Shown here one piece after another: positions 57,758 to 64,000 of a stretch of DNA of 64,000 nt (within the stretch, counting starts at the first letter, position 1; each line of letters begins with the position of its first letter). The DNA lies in contig CAVSIV010000002.1 in the NCBI GenBank assembly GCA_963728205.1, forward strand, positions 1-64,000, in the 5' to 3' direction. A model generated the notes under the pieces. That model was not told the DNA's origin. It was given only the letters and a program-made list of their open reading frames with translations, and made no database searches. Position numbers and translations under genes: made by a program. The DNA comes from an uncultured Chloroflexia bacterium (lineage in GTDB: Bacteria; Chloroflexota; Dehalococcoidia; UBA2979).

Positions 57758-58450
57758 ATGCCCCAGTCCGACGTCGCACGTGTGAAGCAAGAGATCATCG
57801 ACGCCGCCGAGGCCCTGCTCGAGTCGGGCGTCATGCAGATCAGCCGGCACGGGAACGCCAGCGCGCGCCTGCCCGGGACCGACCGCTTCCTCCTCACCGC
57901 CGGCGGCTCGATCGCCGCGCTGCGGCCCGAGGACATCGCGCTGTTCGCGCTCGACGGCACGCTGCTCGAGGGCGCGGCCGAGCCGACCGGCGCGGAGATC
58001 GTCGACATGCACGCGGCCGTCTACCGGCTGCGCGCGGACGCGGGCGGCGTGGTGCACACGCACTCGCCCGCGGCGACGAGCTACGCCGTCGCCGGTCGGC
58101 CGATTCCGCTGATTTACGAGGCGATGGCGCGCTTCGACATGACGGACGGCGTCCCGGTCGCCGCCTACGGCCCGCGTGGCTCACGCGAGTCCGTCGAGCA
58201 GATCGAGGCGGCGATCCGCGCGCATCGCGACATCGGCGGCGTGCTGCTCGCGAACCACGGCGTGCTCGCGTTCGCCGGCAGCGCCGGCGGCGCCGCGCGC
58301 GCGAACATGGTGATCGAGGAGGCCGCGATCCTCGGCCTGCAGGCAGCTGCCCTCGGCGGCGCGCAGCCGATCCCGGCGGAGATGGTGGGCGCGACGCGCG
58401 CCCGGCGCGACGAGTACGCCGCCGCGGGGACGCGAACGGCCGGCGCCTAG
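57758..58450 (+). CDS. Class II aldolase/adducin family protein
   Basis: GNASAR, MHAAVY, VHTHS, LANHG. Confidence 0.9.
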   Translation: MPQSDVARVKQEIIDAAEALLESGVMQISRHGNASARLPGTDRFLLTAGGSIAALRPEDIALFALDGTLLEGAAEPTGAEIVDMHAAVYRLRADAGGVVHTHSPAATSYAVAGRPIPLIYEAMARFDMTDGVPVAAYGPRGSRESVEQIEAAIRAHRDIGGVLLANHGVLAFAGSAGGAARANMVIEEAAILGLQAAALGGAQPIPAEMVGATRARRDEYAAAGTRTAGA

Positions 58451-58498
58451 GCAGGGGCGAGCGGCGGGCAGCCGCCCGCCGCTCGCCGGTCGGAGCAC

Positions 58499-59254
58499 CT
58501 ACGTCGCGCGCGCCGCGAGCTCGGTCACGCGCCGCACCACGCGCGCCGGGGCGGCGGCGCCGCCCGGCAGGCCGCCGCCGGCGACGTCGACCCACACCGC
58601 CTGCATCCCCACGCGCATCGGCGCCGCGACGTCCCACTCGAGGTTGTCGCCGACGAACGTCGCCCGCTCTGCCGGCACGCCCAGCGCGGCGAGCGCGGCG
58701 TGGTAGACGGGCTCCTCCGGCTTCCCGGCGCCGAACTCGCCCTCGATCTGGATGTGGTCGAAGTGCCGCTCGAGGTCGAACCGCTCGAGCTTCGCCCGCT
58801 GGTCCGACTGCGTGCCGTTCGTCACGAGCGCCAGCGGGGTGCCCGCCGCCCGCAGCGCCGCGAGCAGATCGGTCGCGCCGTCCACGAGCGCGAGTCCGCC
58901 ATCGCGGAGGTCGCGGTAGTGGTCGGCCACCGCGCGCGGGAGCGCCGCCGGCGCCGCCACGCCCAGGCGCTCGAGCGACGTGCGCACGATCCCGGCGCTC
59001 GCGGCGCGCAGGTCGCGCCGCCCTTCGCGGTGCCGCACCGGGTCGCCCCAGTACCAGTCCGCGACGGTCCGGATCGTCTCGCGCAGCCGCAGCGGGTCGA
59101 GGCCGGACACACGTTCGGCGGCCGCGCGGCATGCCTCCTGCCACGCCCACTCCTGGTTGCCGGTGAAGTCGATGATGGTGTCGTCCAGATCGAACAGCAC
59201 CGCGCGGCCGTGCAGACACGGGTCGAGCGCCAGGATGCCCGTCGTCGTCCTCAC
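58499..59254 (-). CDS. HAD family hydrolase
   Basis: FDLDDT, VTNG, KP, VGDNLEWD. Confidence 0.9.
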   Translation of the reverse strand: MRTTTGILALDPCLHGRAVLFDLDDTIIDFTGNQEWAWQEACRAAAERVSGLDPLRLRETIRTVADWYWGDPVRHREGRRDLRAASAGIVRTSLERLGVAAPAALPRAVADHYRDLRDGGLALVDGATDLLAALRAAGTPLALVTNGTQSDQRAKLERFDLERHFDHIQIEGEFGAGKPEEPVYHAALAALGVPAERATFVGDNLEWDVAAPMRVGMQAVWVDVAGGGLPGGAAAPARVVRRVTELAARAT

Positions 59255-60812
59255 TCGCCGTCGCCTCCGCCGCTCGCGTCCCCGCCGCGCAGCGCCGTCC
59301 CGGCCCCGCCGCCCGCGCGCGCACGGACCACGATCTCGACCGCCGCCTGCTGCGGCCCACGCAGCAACGACAGCACCATGCCGGCGAGCGCGAACGGGAT
59401 CGCGAGCAGCGCCGCGGCGTGCAATCCGGCGATGAACGCGTCCTGGAACGCCGCGAGCTGCGCGGGCTGCCCGGCGACCGCCGCCAGCTGCTCCGGCGAC
59501 GGCAGCCCGCCGAGGTGGAACCCCGACGCCACCGCGAACAGCGCGAACGCCGTCCCGCTGAACGCGATGCCCAGGCTCTGCCCCACGTACCGCGACATCC
59601 CCAGCAGCCCCGATGCGATGCCGCGCCGGTGCGTCGGCGCCGCGGTCATCACCGCGTTGTTGTTCGGCGCGGTGAACGTCCCGAGGCCGAGGCCGAGCAG
59701 GAACAGGCGGATCAGCACGTTCCACAGCGGCATGGCCGCCGTGATGCCCCCGATCAGCCACAGCGCGAACGCCACGAGCGCGAGGCCGCTCGTCGCGATC
59801 CAGCGCGCGCCGACGACGTCCGAGAACCGCCCGGCGGTCGGCGCGCTCAGCGCGATCGCGAACGGCAGCGGCAGCATCACGATGCCGGCGCGCTCGGCGG
59901 AGAAGCCGCGCAGCGCCTGCCAGTAGAAGGGGAAGAGCAGCGTCGCGGTCGACAGCGCGAGCGTGGCGAAGACGCCGGCGGCCTGGCCGGCCGCGAACTC
60001 GCGGATCTTGAACAGCGTGAGGTCGACGAGCGGGTAGCGCGTGTGTGCCTCGTGCCAGACGAAGAGCGTCGAGACGACGAGGCCGACCGCGATCATGCCG
60101 AGCGTGGCGGGCGAGTCCCAGCCCCAGTCCGGCGACTTCGTGATCCCGAGGAGCAGCGGACCGAGACCTCCGAGCAGCAGCCCCGTCCCCGTCCAGTCGA
60201 TCGGCTCGAGCGTCCGGTGCGACTGCAGTGGCGGCAGGATCACCCACGCGAACGCCGCCGACGCGATCCCGACCGGCACGTTCACGAGGAACACCGCCTG
60301 CCAGCCGAAGTGCGTGACGAGGAAGCCGCCCCGAGCGTCGGCCCCACCGCGGCGCCGCCGCTGATCAGGATCGACTGCAGCCCCATCGCGGTGCCGCGCT
60401 GACCGGCGGGGAAGGTGTCGGTGATGATCGCGAGCGTGTTCGCGGTGATCAGCGCTCCGCCGACGGCCTGGATCAGGCGCGCCCCGATCAGCCAGAGCAC
60501 GACCTGCGAGAACGACGCGAGCAGGCTCGCCGACGCGAAGATCACGATACCGATGATGAAGAGCCGCTTGCGCCCCAGCACGTCGCTGATGCGTCCGAAG
60601 AACGGCACGAGCCCCGTGAGCGCGAGCGTGTAGGCGATCAGCGTCCACTCGACCTCGGCGAGCGAGGCGTGGAACGCGCCGGCGATCGTCGGCAGCGCGA
60701 TGTTCAGGATGGAGATGTCGATCACGACCATGAACAGGCCGAGTGCGACCGAGAGCAGCACGAGCCAGGGGTGCTCGGCGCGCTGGTACGGTTCCGCCGT
60801 GGGGTCCTGCAT
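59251..60812 (-). CDS. DHA2 (EmrB/QacA) MFS transporter; frameshift at ~60330 in a homopolymer run
   Basis: DISILNIALP, GRISDVLGRKR, WQAVFLVNVPVG across two frames. Confidence 0.88.
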
Positions 60813-60852
60813 GGGCGTCCGAGTCTACTCGCGACGCCGAGTCAGTTCACCG

Positions 60853-60986
60853 GCGCGCGGCGGCCTTCAGGCACGCCGCGCGCAGTGGCTGCTCGACGCG
60901 CCACAGCGGCGGCAGACATGCCGCCGACAATGCCGCGGCCAGCGGGCTGCGACCCCGCGTCGGCGGCATGTCTGCCGCCGCCGTGG
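60853..60986. repeat. REP-like composite with an inverted pair of CGGCGGCAGACATGCCGCCGAC
   Basis: Copy at 60901-60928, inverted copy at 60959-60986. Confidence 0.85.
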
Positions 60987-60999
60987 CGTCGCCGGCCGC

Positions 61000-62013
61000 C
61001 TACGCCAGGCCGCGTTCTGCGATCAGCGCGCACACGTCGGTGAGGCGGCAGGAGTAGCCCCACTCGTTGTCGTACCACGCCATCGTCTTCGCCATGTTGC
61101 CGTCGAGCACCATCGTCGACGGCGCGTCGTGGATGGACGAGGCCGGGTGACCCTTGAAGTCCATCGACACAAGCTCCTCGCGCTCGTAGTGCAGGTAGCC
61201 CTTCAGCGGACCCTCGGCGGCGCTCAGGTACGCCTCGTTGATCTCGCCGATGGTCGGCGAGTCGCGCAGGTCCGAGACGAGGTCGACCACCGACACCGTC
61301 GGCGTCGGGACGCGGTAGGCCAGGCCGTCGAACTTGCCGGCGAGCTCCGGGATGATCGCGCCCACCGCGTCCGAGGCGCCCGACGACGTCGGCACGATGT
61401 TCAGCGCGGCGGCGCGCGCCCGGCGCAGGTCCTTGTGCGAGTTGTCGACCAGGTTCTGGTCGCCCGTGTACGAGTGGATCGTCGTCATGAAGGCGCGCTC
61501 GATGCCGAACGCGTCGTGCAGCACCTTCACGGCCAGCACCACGCAGTTCGTCGTGCACGAGCCGGCCGAGATCACCTGGTGTGCCGACGGGTCGTACTCG
61601 CCGTGGTTCACGCCCATGATCACGGTCCAGTCGACGCCCTTGCCCGGCGCCGAGATCAGGACCTTCTTCACGCCGTCGTGCAGGTGCGCCCCGGCACCCT
61701 TGCGGTCGCGGAACTTGCCGGTCGACTCGATCACGAGGTCGACGCCGACCTTGCCCCACGGGATCTCGGCGGGGTCGTCGGCGTTGAGGACCGCGACCTC
61801 GTGGCCGTCGACGCTGAAGCAGTCCGTGCCGTCGACGATCTTCGCGGGGAACGGACCGTAGTCGGAGTCATGGCGCAGCAGGTGGGTGCGGACCGAGACC
61901 GGGCCGCGGTTGATGGCGACGATCTCGAAGTCGTCGCGATGGCGTTCCCACCAGGCGCGGAAGGCCTGCCGGCCGGTGCGGCCGAACCCGTTGATCCCGA
62001 CACGCAGCGTCAT
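61000..62013 (-). CDS. gap: Type I glyceraldehyde-3-phosphate dehydrogenase
   Basis: GINGFGR, ESTG, SCTTNC, WYDNEWGYS. Confidence 0.96.
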   Translation of the reverse strand: MTLRVGINGFGRTGRQAFRAWWERHRDDFEIVAINRGPVSVRTHLLRHDSDYGPFPAKIVDGTDCFSVDGHEVAVLNADDPAEIPWGKVGVDLVIESTGKFRDRKGAGAHLHDGVKKVLISAPGKGVDWTVIMGVNHGEYDPSAHQVISAGSCTTNCVVLAVKVLHDAFGIERAFMTTIHSYTGDQNLVDNSHKDLRRARAAALNIVPTSSGASDAVGAIIPELAGKFDGLAYRVPTPTVSVVDLVSDLRDSPTIGEINEAYLSAAEGPLKGYLHYEREELVSMDFKGHPASSIHDAPSTMVLDGNMAKTMAWYDNEWGYSCRLTDVCALIAERGLA

Positions 62014-62118
62014 CGTCTCACCCCCTGCGTCCCTGCCCCTCGGTGAGCAGATTCTAGGGCAGCCTCGCGAGTTGCCTCTATCGGACGTGTTACGCGTGGA
62101 CCGCGGGTGGAGCGTCGG

Positions 62119-63049
62119 CTACAGCAGCAGGCGCTTCGGTGCGTCGGCGGACTGGCGCCGGAACTCGACGACCAGGTGCCGCCGCCGCCCGTCGCCGTCG
62201 GCCACCTCCTCGACGCGGCAGCGCTCCGGCGCGGCGAGCAGCCGGTCGACCGCGTCGGCGTGCGCGACCACGCGCTCGCGCAGCTCCGCCGGCGCCGGGA
62301 ACTGTTGCGGCAGGTGCATCGCCGTGTGCAGCTGCGTGACGCCGACGCGCAGCGTCCAGCCGAGCAGCAGCTGCGCCCAGCCGAGGTGGAACGCCTGGTC
62401 GGCGAAGACGAGCGGGTAGCGCTCGTGGTTGCCCTCGGCGGCGGCGAACAGCGCCGTCGGGCCGAAGTTCGGGCGCGAGAGGTCGCTCACCGCGCGGTAG
62501 ATCAGCGCGCAGGTGCTCGTCGCCGGCGATCGCCTCGCCGCCGAAGTAGTGGCCGACGCCGATCTCGATCGCGCGGTTCGCTTCGTCGCGGCCGTATGCC
62601 TCGTGCGTCCAGCGGCGCCAGGCGTCGAGCTCATGCCCGAGGTTCATCTGCGCGCCGACGAACTCGACCGCCTGCCGCACCAGCGCGACCGCGGCCTGGT
62701 AGCCGCCCCGGCGGGCCAGCCCGACCGCGTCGGACGAGCTGAGGAAGGCGCGACTCCAGAGGCTGGCGAAGCCGGCCATGATCATCGTGCGAGCGGACGG
62801 CGTGTAGCCGGTCTTCGCCAGCGCGGCCTGCAGCTCGAGGTTCTCCGCGATCAGCCGCAGGTCGTCGGCGAGCAGGAAGCCGGTCTGCCGCCATGCATCC
62901 TCGGCGGCGGGGTCGAGGTCCGCGGGCTTGCCGGGCAGCCGCCAGCCGTCGGGGACGCGCATGCCGGACACGCGCTGTGGCGGGTTCGCGATCGGCAGGT
63001 CGCCGTGTCCGTCGCCGTTCGGAGTGGGGGCGCCAGGAGGAGTGGTCAT
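62119..63049 (-). CDS. Hypothetical protein, frameshift at ~62507
   Basis: ORFs 62090..63049 and 62119..62634 join into one coding-like frame; AGGCG upstream of ATG; no recognised family. Confidence 0.7.
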
Positions 63050-63062
63050 GCGGCAAGTCTAG

Positions 63063-63218
63063 GCGCGCGGTGGGCTTCAGGCCCGCCGTGGACCAGAGCA
63101 CCTCCCCGGGTGAGCCGCGCCGTCGTGAGGCTCCGGTCAAAGCGGCGGCAGCCATGCCGCCGCCAGATCGCGGCCTCGGGGGCCGCCCGGCCTCGGCGGC
63201 GTCTCTGCACCCGCTTGC
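63063..63218. repeat. REP-like composite (degenerate)
   Basis: GCGCGCGGTGGGCTTCAGGCCCGCC, AAGCGGCGGCAGCCATGCCGCCG, and a degenerate inverted copy at ~63193-63218. Confidence 0.7.
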
Positions 63219-63235
63219 GCCCCGGCGGCGCGCGC

Positions 63236-64000
<765 letters not shown>

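Overview
Very GC-rich (roughly 70-75% by eye) bacterial chromosomal DNA. Gene content and style (Tat-lipoprotein peptide-binding protein, many DinB-fold genes, Thr/Ala-linker lipoproteins) suggest an aerobic Chloroflexota, possibly Dehalococcoidia-like; this is inference only. Bases 1-~14580 form one giant inverted duplication folded at ~7150-7460 with nested strand switches, most likely an amplification/long-read assembly artefact. Comparing the two arms exposes systematic errors at GATC sites. The rest of the window holds a two-component system with a DUF5666-like repeat protein, a WtpABC tungstate/molybdate transporter, a WYL regulator (apparent CTG start) with DinB-type neighbours, a TPP-riboswitch thiamine-precursor ABC operon, an HrtBA-like exporter with TetR and a double operator, a peptide ABC transporter, and a combined caa3 oxidase + Rieske/cytochrome b operon. 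It also holds an uncharacterised reductase / FAD oxidase / SnoaL / HFAR-repeat membrane protein / DyP peroxidase cluster (best candidate for an undescribed system), a decayed tRNA-Ala island, ffh-rpsP-khpA-rimM, an NADP-type GAPDH and enolase. Intergenic regions carry several families of REP-like palindromes. No CRISPR array or intact mobile element was found.
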